Positions 9,047 through 19,544 of a stretch of DNA of 59,373 bases are shown here, one piece after another. The stretch lies in contig CAZZBQ010000001.1 in NCBI GenBank assembly GCA_964652745.1, forward strand, positions 16,029-75,401, given 5' to 3'. Source of the DNA: an uncultured Gammaproteobacteria bacterium (GTDB lineage Bacteria; Patescibacteriota; Patescibacteriia; Patescibacteriales; UBA12465). Below the pieces are notes generated by a model that had not been told where the DNA came from, did not search any database, and saw nothing but the letters and a program-made list of their open reading frames with translations. The position numbers and the translations under genes were made by a program. Positions within the stretch are counted from its first letter, which is position 1; every line of letters starts with the position of its first letter.

Positions 9047-10301
9047 GTTATTTTTACTTATTTTTGTTTTTTTGCTACCTTGGCAAACAAAGTTAATCTT
9101 GCGTCCAGCTGTTAGCAATTTTAATGAGATAAGTTTATATGTTAGCCATTTAGTGCTATTACTAGCGTTAATTTGTTTTTTTGTTTATCAATTATCTAAG
9201 CGAAGTAGTAAAAAAACAACTCCGCCGATCTGGTATTTTTTGGTAATTTTAGAAATATCGATTTTAATTTCTTTTTTCTTTGCGCCTGATTCTCTGTTGG
9301 CAGCACATCGCTATTTTATTTTTTTAGGCGGTCTAGGTTTATTTTATCTTTTACGCGAAGGCTTGGATAGAAATGCTTATCAGGAAAGTTGTTTAAGTAG
9401 AACTAGAGCGCTTTATATTTTTTTAACTAGTATTTTTTTACATTCGGTTTTAGGCATTTGGCAATTTTTAAGCCAGAAGACCTTTGCCTCTAAATATTTG
9501 GGGATTGCTAGCCATGATCCACAAACATTAGGTGTCTCAGTAGTTGAGACGGCGACTGGCCGTTGGCTCAGGGCTTATGGTGGCTTGGATCACCCTAATA
9601 TTTTAGGCGGAGTTTTAGTCTTTGCTTTATTGTTTACCGCCTTTTTATTAGCACGTAAAAAAATTATTAATTCCCAAATTCATGTTTGGGGGTTGCTGCT
9701 TTTATTTTTTAGTTATTTTGTTTCTTTAGCTGCTCTATTTTTTTCTTTTTCTCGGGCTGCTTGGTTGGCATTTATTGTCGGCATGATTTGTTTGTTAATA
9801 AATATTATGAAGCATGAGGACCGCTGGGTGTTAATGAGGTTTCTGGCAGTTTCTTTTTTTTCTATAATATTATTTGTTTTAGCTATTTTTCCTTATCGAG
9901 AGCTTGTTTTTACTCGTTTAGACGCCAGTACGCGTCTTGAAAGATCATCTATACACGAGAGAGTTGATTATTTGTCTGACGCGGAGGCTATGATTAAAAA
10001 AAATCCCTTGTTCGGGATTGGGATAGGAAATTATGTTCAAGAAGCGGCTCTGAATGGTCGTCCTGATAATTATTATAATCAACCAGTGCACAATGCTTTC
10101 ATTTTAGTTTTTGCCGAGAGCGGATTGTTTGCTTTTCTTGGTTTGATTTTATTTCTTTCATTTTTAGCGCGAGACAGCCGCAAGCAGTCATTTTCTTTGG
10201 CAGTCGTTGTTGCTATGGTAATTCTTATGATGTTTGATCATTGGCTCTTATCTTTGCCTTTTGGTATTTTATTTTTCTTTTTTGTTCTGGGATTAATTTG
10301 A
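9021..10301 (+). CDS. O-antigen ligase (Wzy_C) family polytopic membrane protein
   Basis: Trimmed to ATG 9021 (MKLLKQL). About 10 TM segments, with FSFSRAAWLAF and PVHNAFILVFAESG typical of the O-antigen ligase domain. Confidence 0.82.
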   Translation: MKLLKQLTELFLLIFVFLLPWQTKLILRPAVSNFNEISLYVSHLVLLLALICFFVYQLSKRSSKKTTPPIWYFLVILEISILISFFFAPDSLLAAHRYFIFLGGLGLFYLLREGLDRNAYQESCLSRTRALYIFLTSIFLHSVLGIWQFLSQKTFASKYLGIASHDPQTLGVSVVETATGRWLRAYGGLDHPNILGGVLVFALLFTAFLLARKKIINSQIHVWGLLLLFFSYFVSLAALFFSFSRAAWLAFIVGMICLLINIMKHEDRWVLMRFLAVSFFSIILFVLAIFPYRELVFTRLDASTRLERSSIHERVDYLSDAEAMIKKNPLFGIGIGNYVQEAALNGRPDNYYNQPVHNAFILVFAESGLFAFLGLILFLSFLARDSRKQSFSLAVVVAMVILMMFDHWLLSLPFGILFFFFVLGLI

Positions 10302-10519
10302 TAATTATTTTGCAGCCAGACTAAATCTTTCTCGAGATTATTTAAAGTAGTCATAAAATCCGGCGCTAGTTTAGCCGGATTTTCTTTTATCTTTTGTCTT
10401 AGTAGACTGATAATAGTAGCGATTGTCCCGAAGTAGTCATCTTGTTCAATGTGAAAGCGGGTACCTGCCTCATCTTTTACTAACCAAACTAGATTTTTAA
10501 TTTGATATTTTTTTAGCAT
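10238..10519 (-). CDS. Small hypothetical protein downstream of radC
   Basis: 93-aa ATG-initiated ORF starting 2 nt after the radC stop. Its Lys-rich tail overlaps the convergent O-antigen ligase gene by 64 nt. No family recognised. Confidence 0.45.
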   Translation of the reverse strand: MLKKYQIKNLVWLVKDEAGTRFHIEQDDYFGTIATIISLLRQKIKENPAKLAPDFMTTLNNLEKDLVWLQNNYQINPRTKKKNKIPKGKDKSQ

Positions 10520-10521
10520 GC

Positions 10522-11238
10522 TTAAATAATGCTTAGAAATTTATTTTGTCCGATAATAAGATGATCTAGAACTTCAATGTCTAGTATTTTTCCGGCCTCT
10601 ACTAGTTTATTAGTAATTTCGGCATCAGCTTTAGTTGCTTTAACTACGCCCGATGGGTGGTTGTGGGCAATAATAATAGCAGCAGCTGAATATTCTAGAG
10701 CGGGACGGAAAACTTCACGTGGTTGAACAATGGCGGAATCAAGAGTGCCGATAGATATTACTTCATCGTGAATTAATTGATAATGAGTATTAAGATAAAG
10801 CCCGCGAAACTGCTCCTTGTTTAAGGTGCGCATGTCTTTTAGATATTCATAGGCTTGTTTGGCAGTTCTGATGGTAATAGACCCGCCCGGTTTTTTTTGA
10901 TAAAAACGACGACCAAGTTCAAAGCAGGCGATTATCTGACAGGCCTTAGCGATGGGCAAGCCTAAATCTTTCTGAATAGCCTTAGGGTCTTTTTGGTAGG
11001 CAATACCTTTTTCGCCGTATTCTCGTAAAAGTCGGTTAGCCATGGCAAAAACTTCTTCTTTTTTTGTGCCTACGCCAAGAATTATTGCTAAGAGCTCAGC
11101 CGAGCTAAGAGCACCGGCACCATTTTCTAAAAGTTTTTCGCGTGGTTTTTCATTATCTGGCAAGTCTTTAATTCGGGAGATTTTATAAAAATGGCCGTTG
11201 GTTAGGATGGTATTGCGATCTTTTATAGCATACTTCAT
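10522..11238 (-). CDS. radC: RadC-family JAB-domain protein
   Basis: N-terminal HhH-like LSSAELLAIILGVG and JAMM motif IIAHNHPSG near the C-terminus. Confidence 0.9.
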   Translation of the reverse strand: MKYAIKDRNTILTNGHFYKISRIKDLPDNEKPREKLLENGAGALSSAELLAIILGVGTKKEEVFAMANRLLREYGEKGIAYQKDPKAIQKDLGLPIAKACQIIACFELGRRFYQKKPGGSITIRTAKQAYEYLKDMRTLNKEQFRGLYLNTHYQLIHDEVISIGTLDSAIVQPREVFRPALEYSAAAIIIAHNHPSGVVKATKADAEITNKLVEAGKILDIEVLDHLIIGQNKFLSII

Positions 11239-11339
11239 AGGTCAAAAAAGATTAGGAATTATAACAGTCTAGTTGCTTTAAATTATATCAAATCTGTGCT
11301 AAATTTAAAACAAGCTAAGTAATTAAGCAAATTTTTAAT

Positions 11340-12605
11340 ATGAATAAATACAAAAGAATAGTTTTGTCAAATAAGGCGCCAATTGTTACCGTGCCAGTTC
11401 CTGGTGCCAAGACAACGACCGCGTTAATGGTGTTTAAAACAGGTTCTCGTTATGAGACTAGAAAAAATAGTGGTATTTCTCATTTTTTAGAACACATGTT
11501 TTTTAAGGGTACAGAAAATAGACCAGATACGCTGATGATTTCTAGCGCCCTTGATGCTTTGGGTTGCGAATTTAATGCTTTTACCTCTAAAGAATATACT
11601 GGCTATTGGGTTAAGGCGGCGGAAAATAAATTAGTTGAAGCTTTAGATATTTTAGGGGACATGATTTTAAATTCTAAGTTTGATAAGGAAGAAATTGAAA
11701 GAGAAAAGGGCGTAATTATTGAAGAGCTAAATATGTATGAAGATAACCCCATGATGCATATTGAAGATGTCTTAGAGCGTTGTTTATTTGGGGATACTCC
11801 GGCCGGTTGGGATACAATTGGCACCAAAGAAAATATTCAGAATTTTACTCGCCAAGATTTTATGTCTTATTTCCGTTCACAATATGGCGCCAAGAGTGCA
11901 ACTTTAGTATTGGCTGGCGGCATTAAGGATAAAGATATTAAAAAAGGGCGCGAAATCATGAATAAGCTTGGGGCTAATAAATGGAAAAAACAAGTTAAGA
12001 ATATTTATAAGCAAACCGGGCCACAAGTTAAGATAGTTTTTAAAGATACTGATCAGGCAAGCATTTCTTTAGCAGTGAGAACTTTTCCTATCGGTCATGG
12101 CGAAGAGTTGAATGCCAAGCTGCTAGCGGTAATTTTAGGCGGCGCGATGAGTTCAAGATTATTTATTAATCTTAGAGAGCGTAATGGCTTAGCCTATTAT
12201 GTAAAAACTGATACAGAATTCTATACTGATTCTGGTTATTTATCTACTCAGGCTGGTGTGCCGACTGCAAAAGTTTCTAAGGCAATAGAAATTATCCTGG
12301 CTGAATATGCACGCTTAAAAGAAGAATTGGTTTCTAAGGAGGAGCTAGCTCGGGCTAAAGATTTGCTACAAGGTCGGATGTTTTTACAAATGGAAGCGAG
12401 CGATAATCTTGCCAATTGGTATGCTAGGCAAGCAGTTTTACGAGGACAGTTGTTTAGTCCGGAAGATTTTCTAAAGAAAATAAAAAAAATCTCAGCAGCT
12501 GATTTGCGCAAGACGGCTAAAAAAATATTTGTTAATTCTAGCCTTAATTTAGCTGGTATCGGTAAATTAAAAGAAGCTGAGTTGAAAAAGATATTAAAAT
12601 TTTAA
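11340..12605 (+). CDS. M16 (insulinase/pitrilysin) family zinc peptidase
   Basis: Inverted zinc motif HFLEHMFFKGT (HxxEH) and the downstream EREKGVIIEE. Confidence 0.9.
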   Translation: MNKYKRIVLSNKAPIVTVPVPGAKTTTALMVFKTGSRYETRKNSGISHFLEHMFFKGTENRPDTLMISSALDALGCEFNAFTSKEYTGYWVKAAENKLVEALDILGDMILNSKFDKEEIEREKGVIIEELNMYEDNPMMHIEDVLERCLFGDTPAGWDTIGTKENIQNFTRQDFMSYFRSQYGAKSATLVLAGGIKDKDIKKGREIMNKLGANKWKKQVKNIYKQTGPQVKIVFKDTDQASISLAVRTFPIGHGEELNAKLLAVILGGAMSSRLFINLRERNGLAYYVKTDTEFYTDSGYLSTQAGVPTAKVSKAIEIILAEYARLKEELVSKEELARAKDLLQGRMFLQMEASDNLANWYARQAVLRGQLFSPEDFLKKIKKISAADLRKTAKKIFVNSSLNLAGIGKLKEAELKKILKF

Positions 12606-12614
12606 GATTTTAAT

Positions 12615-13733
12615 ATGGCAAAACTTTGGTTATGGATAATTTCAATTAGCGCAGTTTTTATAATAGCGGCCAGCGCTACTGTCTTTTACACTTTAAATTA
12701 TACTGATGAAAGTTTGGTTGATATAGAAATTAATGCTCAGGAGAATGCTTTGGGAAATCAACCGAAATATATTCCTAATCAAAATTTGGATCCAGAATTA
12801 ATTGGTGCGCGTGAGCTTAAATTTCTTTTTTTCGGCGACATGATGCTTGATCGACATGTGGGTGAAAAACTTGCAGGAAAAAATATTGGTTTTTTATTAG
12901 ACAATTTAGCGGGCGAAGATAAACAATTTTTTTCTGGCTTTGATATTGTTGGCACTAACTTAGAAGGAGCAGTAACTGATAGCGGCGCCCATTATTCCCC
13001 GCAAAATTCTTATGACTTTGCTTTTTCTCCGGAAAGAATCGCTGAACTTGATGATTATGGTTTTAATTATTTTACGCTTGCCAATAATCACTTTACTGAC
13101 CAAGGAACTAAAGGCGTAGAGGAGACAAGAAGAAATCTGCAAGCGCTAGATTTTTATTTTAGCGGCTCACCTGATGCACAGGTTGATGAATATTCACTTA
13201 AAATTGTAGAACTTTCTGGTCAGAAAGTCGCCCTAATAGGATTATCAATGGTTTATGCTCATTTTGATTTAGAGAAAGCTAAGGAATTAGTTGGCTTGGC
13301 AGCTTCGACAACTGATTTGGCAATTATTAATATTCATTGGGGGACTGAGTATGAACATTACTTTAATAGCTATCAGCAGAATATTGGACATGCCTTGATA
13401 GATGCTGGCGCCGATGTTATAATCGGACACCACCCTCACGTTGTTCAAGGTATGGAAATTTATCAGGGGAAGCCAATTTTTTACTCTTTAGGGAATTTTA
13501 TTTTTGATCAATATTTTTCTAAAGATACTCAAGAAGGATTAGCGATCAAACTGAGCTTCAGTCAAGCGACGACAACAGTTTATTTATTTTCATTGCTTTC
13601 AGAAAAATCAGCTCCGCGTTTAATGAATCAAACAGAACGAGAAATTTTTCTTAAAAATTTTACTGCTTGGTCTACTTTGGAAGAAGCTGATAAGCAAGCA
13701 GCAGTTAGCGGTAAACTGGAATTATCACGCTAG
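12615..13733 (+). CDS. CapA/PGA_cap family metallophosphatase-like protein, membrane-anchored
   Basis: FFGDMMLDRHV, NLEGAVT, LANNHFTDQG, HWGTEYE, GHHPHVVQG and SLGNFIFDQ match the CapA pattern. Confidence 0.85.
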   Translation: MAKLWLWIISISAVFIIAASATVFYTLNYTDESLVDIEINAQENALGNQPKYIPNQNLDPELIGARELKFLFFGDMMLDRHVGEKLAGKNIGFLLDNLAGEDKQFFSGFDIVGTNLEGAVTDSGAHYSPQNSYDFAFSPERIAELDDYGFNYFTLANNHFTDQGTKGVEETRRNLQALDFYFSGSPDAQVDEYSLKIVELSGQKVALIGLSMVYAHFDLEKAKELVGLAASTTDLAIINIHWGTEYEHYFNSYQQNIGHALIDAGADVIIGHHPHVVQGMEIYQGKPIFYSLGNFIFDQYFSKDTQEGLAIKLSFSQATTTVYLFSLLSEKSAPRLMNQTEREIFLKNFTAWSTLEEADKQAAVSGKLELSR

Positions 13734-13755
13734 GCTAGAAAAATATTAAAATTTT

Positions 13756-16740
13756 ATGTCGGAATTATTAGCAAAATTAAATAGCGCTCAGAAAGCGGCC
13801 GTAACACATGAAGATGGCCCACTTTTAATTGTGGCTGGCGCTGGTACGGGTAAAACTACGGTTTTGATTAATCGTTTAGCACATCTTTTAACGGTTAAAA
13901 AAATTTCTCCGGATGAAATTCTATTATTAACATTTACAGAAAAAGCAGCTGGCGAGATGGAAGAGCGCGCCGATATTATTTTGCCTTACGGGTATACTGA
14001 TTTATGGATTAATACTTTCCATGGTTTTTGTGAGCGTATTTTGCGCGATCATGCCTTAGAGATCGGCCTTAATCCCAGTTTTAAATTGTTATCAGCAACT
14101 GATCAGTGGGTAATGATTAAGAGAAATTTAACACGTTTTCAGTTAGATTATTATCGTCCTTTAGGCAATCCAACTAAATTTATTTCCGAGCTAATTAAAC
14201 ATTTTTCTCGTTTAAAGGATGAAGATATATCTGCTACTGAATATTTAAAGTACGCAGAGAATTTAGAAAGCGCTGAGTCTACTAATGGTGAAGATGATGA
14301 GTTAGAAACGGTTCGGGTTAAAGAGTTGGCAAGCGCCTATAATATTTATAACCAATTGCTATTTGAAAATAATTATTTAGACTTTGGTGATTTAATTGTT
14401 TACACTATTAAGCTCTTCAAAGATAGGCCGAATATTTTAAAATATTATCGCCGCAAATTTAAATATATTATGGTTGATGAGTTCCAGGATACTAATTTAG
14501 CTCAGTATGAGCTAGTAAAAATTTTAGCAGCTCCACAAAATAATTTATTGGTGGTCGGAGATGATGACCAGGCAATCTATAAATTCCGCGGCGCTTCTAT
14601 TTCTAATATCATGCAGTTTAAGTCGGATTATCTTAAGTCTGAGGAGATAATTTTAACTGAAAACTACCGTTCTCGTCAGGAAATTTTAGACAAGTCGCAT
14701 GAATTTATTAAACATAACGACCCTAATCGTTTAGAGGCTAAACTTGGTCTTGATAAAAAGCTAGTAGCTAAGGGCGCAGTGAGCAGTAAGAAATATCCCG
14801 CGCCCGCAGTTCGCTTTTTTAATTTTTCTAATCAAGAGGAAGAGGTATCTTTTGTCGGTCAACGTATTAAAGATATTTATGAAGAAAAAATTTCTCAAGG
14901 AGAAGAGATTAGTTGGTTAGATTTTGCAATTTTAGTTAGAGCTAATGATACGGCTGATGCTTATGTTAAAGAATTAAATCGCTTGGATATTCCGCATCGC
15001 TTTATGTCTTGGCGCGGTCTTTATTATAAGCCAATTATTTTAGATATATTGGCTTATTTCCGATTACTAGATAATTATCATGAATCTGCTGCTTTGTTCA
15101 GGGTTTTAAATATGGAAACTTTTAAGGTTTCTCATGCGGAGTTAGTGGAAATAAATAAGTTAGCGTCCCGTAAAGTCTGGTCCTTGTATGAGGCTCTAAA
15201 AAATATCAGTTTAATTAAAAATATTTCGTCAGAGAGTGAGAAGAATATTGTTAAATTACTTAGTTTAATAGAGATGCACTCAGTGCTTGCCGCCAAAGAA
15301 AAGCCGACAAAGATTTTTTTGCATTTCGCCTATGATTCTGGATTGCTGGAAAAACTAGATCATGATAGAGACTTAGAATTATTTTCGTATCTTAATCAGT
15401 TTTATCAAAAAATAAAAACTCTAGAAGATAATAATTCTGATTTAAGGTTGAAAGACTTTTTAGAGGTAATTAATCTAGAATTAGAAGCGGGTGAAACTGG
15501 TTCTTTAAAGCTTGATTTTACCGATAATGAGAGTGTTAGGATTATGACGGTTCATGGGGCTAAGGGTCTAGAATTTAAATATGTTTTTATTGTTAATTTA
15601 GTAGATAAAAAATTCCCAACGATTGCGCGGAGCGAAAAAATTTCTATTCCAGATGCCTTGATTAAAGAAAAAATTATTGTTTCAATTGATGCCCATTTAG
15701 AAGAAGAGCGTCGGTTGTTTTATGTAGCAGCAACTAGAGCCAAAGAGGAATTATATTTAACTAGCGCTAAAGATTATGGAGGTGCCAGAGATAAGAAACC
15801 CTCTCGGTTTATTCTAGAGATGGGTATAAATCCTGAACTGGTTAGTGAGGAGACGCAACTTAGTAAGAAAAATATTTTTTTGAAAGATTTACATCGTTTA
15901 AATGAGCTTGAAGAAGCGGAAAAAGTACGTCAAGATAAAGATGCTATTCTGCCTCTGCCAGCTAAATTTTCTTTTTCGCAGTTAGCTGCCTTTTCTACTT
16001 GCCCTTTGCAATATAAATTCGCTTTTATTTTGAAAATTCCTGCCTCAACCGACAAAGCTTCGCTTATTTTTGGACGTGTTTTACATAATACTTTATATAA
16101 TTTTTTATTACCTACGTTAGCCGAGGCTAAGAAGTTGCAAGCTAGTTTGTTCGCTGATGAAGGCAGTAGCTCTGTAAAGAAAATTGATTTAAGCGAAAAA
16201 AGATTACTGTCTTTATATGAAGAATTTTGGCAGGCTGATGGTTATGCAAACAAGGAAGAGCGAGAAAAATATTATCATAACGGCAAGAAAGCTTTAAAAG
16301 ATTTTCTAATAGACTATAACGAAAATACTCCCGCCGAAACTATTTTCTTGGAAAAAAAGTTTTCTTTTAAGATTGGTGGCAACATTATTAAAGGAGCAAT
16401 TGACCGGGTTGATCGTTTGGCAGATGGCCGTTTGGAGGTAATTGATTATAAAACGGGCAAAGGAAAAGACAAACTAACTTTTGAAAGCAAGCGTCAGTTA
16501 ATTTTATATCAAGTTTTCTTAGAAGAATTTCTTGGCGAGAAGGTTGGCCAGCTTAGTTTTTATTATTTAGAGACAGGCAAAAAAGTTTCTTTTTTAGCAA
16601 CAGAAAAAGAAATTGATAAATTAAAAATTAGTGTCATTGAAGAAATCAATGCGATTAAGAATCGTAATTTTGCGCCAACACCATCAATGATGTGTAAATA
16701 TTGTGACTTTAACTCTATTTGTGAATTTCGTCAGGTATAA
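13756..16740 (+). CDS. UvrD/PcrA-type SF1 helicase fused to a RecB/Cas4-family PD-(D/E)xK nuclease with Fe-S-type cysteines
   Basis: AGAGTGKT Walker [21 protein letters not shown]. The C-terminal domain has [14 protein letters not shown]...[15 protein letters not shown] and [10 protein letters not shown]. Confidence 0.9.
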   Translation: MSELLAKLNSAQKAAVTHEDGPLLIVAGAGTGKTTVLINRLAHLLTVKKISPDEILLLTFTEKAAGEMEERADIILPYGYTDLWINTFHGFCERILRDHALEIGLNPSFKLLSATDQWVMIKRNLTRFQLDYYRPLGNPTKFISELIKHFSRLKDEDISATEYLKYAENLESAESTNGEDDELETVRVKELASAYNIYNQLLFENNYLDFGDLIVYTIKLFKDRPNILKYYRRKFKYIMVDEFQDTNLAQYELVKILAAPQNNLLVVGDDDQAIYKFRGASISNIMQFKSDYLKSEEIILTENYRSRQEILDKSHEFIKHNDPNRLEAKLGLDKKLVAKGAVSSKKYPAPAVRFFNFSNQEEEVSFVGQRIKDIYEEKISQGEEISWLDFAILVRANDTADAYVKELNRLDIPHRFMSWRGLYYKPIILDILAYFRLLDNYHESAALFRVLNMETFKVSHAELVEINKLASRKVWSLYEALKNISLIKNISSESEKNIVKLLSLIEMHSVLAAKEKPTKIFLHFAYDSGLLEKLDHDRDLELFSYLNQFYQKIKTLEDNNSDLRLKDFLEVINLELEAGETGSLKLDFTDNESVRIMTVHGAKGLEFKYVFIVNLVDKKFPTIARSEKISIPDALIKEKIIVSIDAHLEEERRLFYVAATRAKEELYLTSAKDYGGARDKKPSRFILEMGINPELVSEETQLSKKNIFLKDLHRLNELEEAEKVRQDKDAILPLPAKFSFSQLAAFSTCPLQYKFAFILKIPASTDKASLIFGRVLHNTLYNFLLPTLAEAKKLQASLFADEGSSSVKKIDLSEKRLLSLYEEFWQADGYANKEEREKYYHNGKKALKDFLIDYNENTPAETIFLEKKFSFKIGGNIIKGAIDRVDRLADGRLEVIDYKTGKGKDKLTFESKRQLILYQVFLEEFLGEKVGQLSFYYLETGKKVSFLATEKEIDKLKISVIEEINAIKNRNFAPTPSMMCKYCDFNSICEFRQV

Positions 16741-16750
16741 TGATAAAAAT

Positions 16751-17770
16751 ATGAATGAAGAAGATCGCTTAATAACCCCAGAAGATACGCCGGAAGATGA
16801 AAAATTAGATTTTTCTTTACGGCCAAGCAGATTCCAGGAATATATTGGCCAAGAAAAAATTAAGCAAAGCTTGGAAATTACCATTGCCGCTGCTAAGAAA
16901 AGAAATGAGCCGATTGAACACGTTTTGCTTTATGGTGCGCCTGGTTTAGGTAAAACAACACTAGCTCATGTGATTGCTAATGAAACTGGCGCTAATATCC
17001 GCGTTACTTCTGGACCAGCGATTGAAAAAAGTGGCGATTTGGCAGCAATTTTAACTAACCTAGAGGCGGGTGATATTTTATTTATTGATGAAATTCATCG
17101 TTTGCCTAAAGCGGTTGAAGAAATCTTGTATCCGGCTATGGAAGATTTTGCATTAGATATTATTATGGGCAAGGGGCCAAGTGCACGCACTTTACGCCTT
17201 GATCTTCCCAAATTTACTATTGTCGGTGCAACAACCATGGCCTCTTTACTATCGGCTCCGCTTCGTGACCGTTTTGGCTTATCTTATCATCTTAATTTTT
17301 ACGAAAAGTCCGATATTGAACGCATTATTTTTCGCAGTGCTAGTATTTTGGGAGTCGAAATAGAAGCGGATGCTAAGCAGGCTATCGCTGGTCGCAGTCG
17401 CCGTACGCCGCGTATCGCTAATCGTTTATTAAAACGAGTTCGTGATTACTGCGCCGTTAAAGGAGATGGTGTCGTAAATATTTTAGGTTGCGATGAGGCT
17501 TTTAAGATGCTTGAAATAGATGAATTAGGATTGGATAATGTTGACCGGCGCTTATTAGAAACAATTGCCCATAAGTTTAAAGGTGGTCCAGTAGGTTTAA
17601 ATACCCTGGCAGCCTCAACTGGCGAGGAAGCAGACACGATTGAAAATATGTATGAACCATATCTGATGCAACTAGGATTTTTAGATCGTTCGCCGCGTGG
17701 TCGCGTGATTACTCATTTAGGCTTGGAACATTTAGGTATTAAACCAGTTGATCAAGATAGATTAGTTTAA
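16751..17770 (+). CDS. ruvB: Holliday junction branch-migration helicase RuvB
   Basis: Trimmed to ATG 16751 (MNEEDR). [32 protein letters not shown] and [19 protein letters not shown]. Confidence 0.96.
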   Translation: MNEEDRLITPEDTPEDEKLDFSLRPSRFQEYIGQEKIKQSLEITIAAAKKRNEPIEHVLLYGAPGLGKTTLAHVIANETGANIRVTSGPAIEKSGDLAAILTNLEAGDILFIDEIHRLPKAVEEILYPAMEDFALDIIMGKGPSARTLRLDLPKFTIVGATTMASLLSAPLRDRFGLSYHLNFYEKSDIERIIFRSASILGVEIEADAKQAIAGRSRRTPRIANRLLKRVRDYCAVKGDGVVNILGCDEAFKMLEIDELGLDNVDRRLLETIAHKFKGGPVGLNTLAASTGEEADTIENMYEPYLMQLGFLDRSPRGRVITHLGLEHLGIKPVDQDRLV

Positions 17771-17776
17771 GTTGTT

Positions 17777-18835
17777 ATGGATTTTAAGACCTCAGATTTT
17801 TCTTATAATTTACCGCTGGAATTAATTGCTCAAAAACCAGCCCAGCCGCGAGACAGCTCGCGGCTTCTGGTATTGTCAAAAAATAGCGGAGCGCGGGAAC
17901 ATCATCAGTTTTCTGAAATAATTAATTATTTGCAAGCGGGCGATGTTTTGGTTTTAAATAATTCCAAAGTTTTTCCGGCGAGGTTGTTCGGTTATAAACG
18001 CGATTCTGGCGGCAGTGTAGAAATCTTTTTACATCAGAAAATTAACGCTGACACCTGGGAGTGTTTGGTTAGGGGGCGGCTTAAAGTTGGACAGATTGTT
18101 GATTTATCAGATAAATTATTTGCTACCATTGGTTCTGATAATCAGGATGGCACAAGAAATGTTAATTTTAATTTAATAGGTGCTGATTTTTTTAAAGAGA
18201 TAAATAAAATTGGTGAAGTACCATTGCCGCCCTATATTAAAAATCCTCGGGGAGGAAAAAAAGATAAAGCCAGTTATCAAACAGTATTTGCGGCCGCCGG
18301 TAAGGATGGTTCAGTGGCAGCGCCAACGGCTGGTCTCCATTTTACTAAGAGTTTGCTTAAGAAGATTGAAGATAAGGGTGTTAAGATTAAATTTATTACT
18401 CTACACGTTGGTCTAGGAACCTTTGCTCCGGTTAAAACGGAGTTTATTACCGAGCATAAAATGCATAGCGAATCAGTAGAAATAACTGCCGAAGTTTGGC
18501 AGGAGATTTTGATTGCGAAGCAATCAGGTAGACGAATTGTTGCGGTTGGTACAACTAGTTGCCGATCCTTAGAAGCAGCCGCTAGTTTGTTAGATGTAAA
18601 CAAAGTTTATCAATCATCATCTGATTTGTTTTTTAGAACTGACATCTTTATTTATCCCGGATACGAGTTCAAAATAGTAGATGCGCTAGTTACTAATTTT
18701 CATCTGCCGCAATCAACCCTGTTAATGCTAGTTAGTGCCTTGGCCGGTAAAGATAATATTTTGCAAGCTTATCAGGAAGCCATTTCTAAGAATTATCGTT
18801 TTTTTAGTTATGGCGACGCTATGTTAATAATCTGA
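17777..18835 (+). CDS. queA: S-adenosylmethionine:tRNA ribosyltransferase-isomerase
   Basis: FSYNLPLELIAQKPAQPRDSSRLL, VAAPTAGLHFT, AVGTTSCRSLE and YRFFSYGDAML. Confidence 0.95.
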   Translation: MDFKTSDFSYNLPLELIAQKPAQPRDSSRLLVLSKNSGAREHHQFSEIINYLQAGDVLVLNNSKVFPARLFGYKRDSGGSVEIFLHQKINADTWECLVRGRLKVGQIVDLSDKLFATIGSDNQDGTRNVNFNLIGADFFKEINKIGEVPLPPYIKNPRGGKKDKASYQTVFAAAGKDGSVAAPTAGLHFTKSLLKKIEDKGVKIKFITLHVGLGTFAPVKTEFITEHKMHSESVEITAEVWQEILIAKQSGRRIVAVGTTSCRSLEAAASLLDVNKVYQSSSDLFFRTDIFIYPGYEFKIVDALVTNFHLPQSTLLMLVSALAGKDNILQAYQEAISKNYRFFSYGDAMLII

Positions 18836-18871
18836 ACTAGTTTATGTCCGCTATTTGGTGTTGAGTGAGAT

Positions 18872-18900
18872 TTGATTTTTCTTGATTTTTTTGATAAACT
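18872..18900 (+). promoter_or_regulatory. Candidate promoter for lepB-hisS-rpsU
   Basis: TTGATT (18872-18877), 17-bp spacer, extended -10 TGaTAAACT (18892-18900). A 7-bp hairpin GTCCTTG/CAAGGAC (18908-18928) follows in the leader. Confidence 0.45.
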
Positions 18901-18942
18901 GTAAGCTGTCCTTGTTATTATCAAGGACGTTTAAGTAATTTT

Positions 18943-19524
18943 ATGCGCAAATTTTTTTTATTTGTTTGGGAGATAATTAAAGTCGTTAGTATTTCTTTGG
19001 CAATCATCCTGCCGGTGCGTTATTATTTGATTCAACCGTTTTATGTTAAGGGCGCATCAATGGAGCCAAATTTTCATGATCATGAATATTTAATTATTGA
19101 TGAAATTAGTTATCGTCTTAATGAGCCAGTGCGTGGGCAAGTTATCGTTTTCCGCTATCCTAAGGATCCTCAAGAATATTTTATTAAACGTATAATTGGC
19201 CTGCCTGGAGAAAAAGTACAAATTAAAGATGGCCAAGTAAAAATATTTAACAACGAAAGCCCAGATGGAGTAGTTTTAAATGAAATATATTTACCTGACG
19301 GCTTAGGAACTTATGATAATAGTGAATCAATAATTCAGATTGGTGAAAATGAATATTTTGTTCTTGGCGATAATCGTCCCGCCTCCAAAGATTCTCGCAG
19401 TTTTGGTCCGGTTGATAAGGTTTTTATTACAGGAAAAGTATTGTTTCGGGGTTGGCCTTTTGATAGAATAACGGTTTTTAATAAAGATTACTGGCCTCAA
19501 TATGGTGAGTTGATTAATGAATAG
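18943..19524 (+). CDS. lepB: Signal peptidase I
   Basis: N-terminal TM, catalytic-Ser box KGASMEPN, IKRIIGLPGE and GDNRPASKDSR. Confidence 0.93.
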   Translation: MRKFFLFVWEIIKVVSISLAIILPVRYYLIQPFYVKGASMEPNFHDHEYLIIDEISYRLNEPVRGQVIVFRYPKDPQEYFIKRIIGLPGEKVQIKDGQVKIFNNESPDGVVLNEIYLPDGLGTYDNSESIIQIGENEYFVLGDNRPASKDSRSFGPVDKVFITGKVLFRGWPFDRITVFNKDYWPQYGELINE

Positions 19525-19544
19525 AATAAACTAAGAATAAAATT

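Noticed and set aside
16736-16753. TATAAT 9 nt upstream of the ruvB ATG as a third leaderless candidate
   Set aside because: There is no TG extension and no acceptable -35. The hexamer overlaps the helicase stop codon, and the spacing of 9 nt differs from the two convincing cases.
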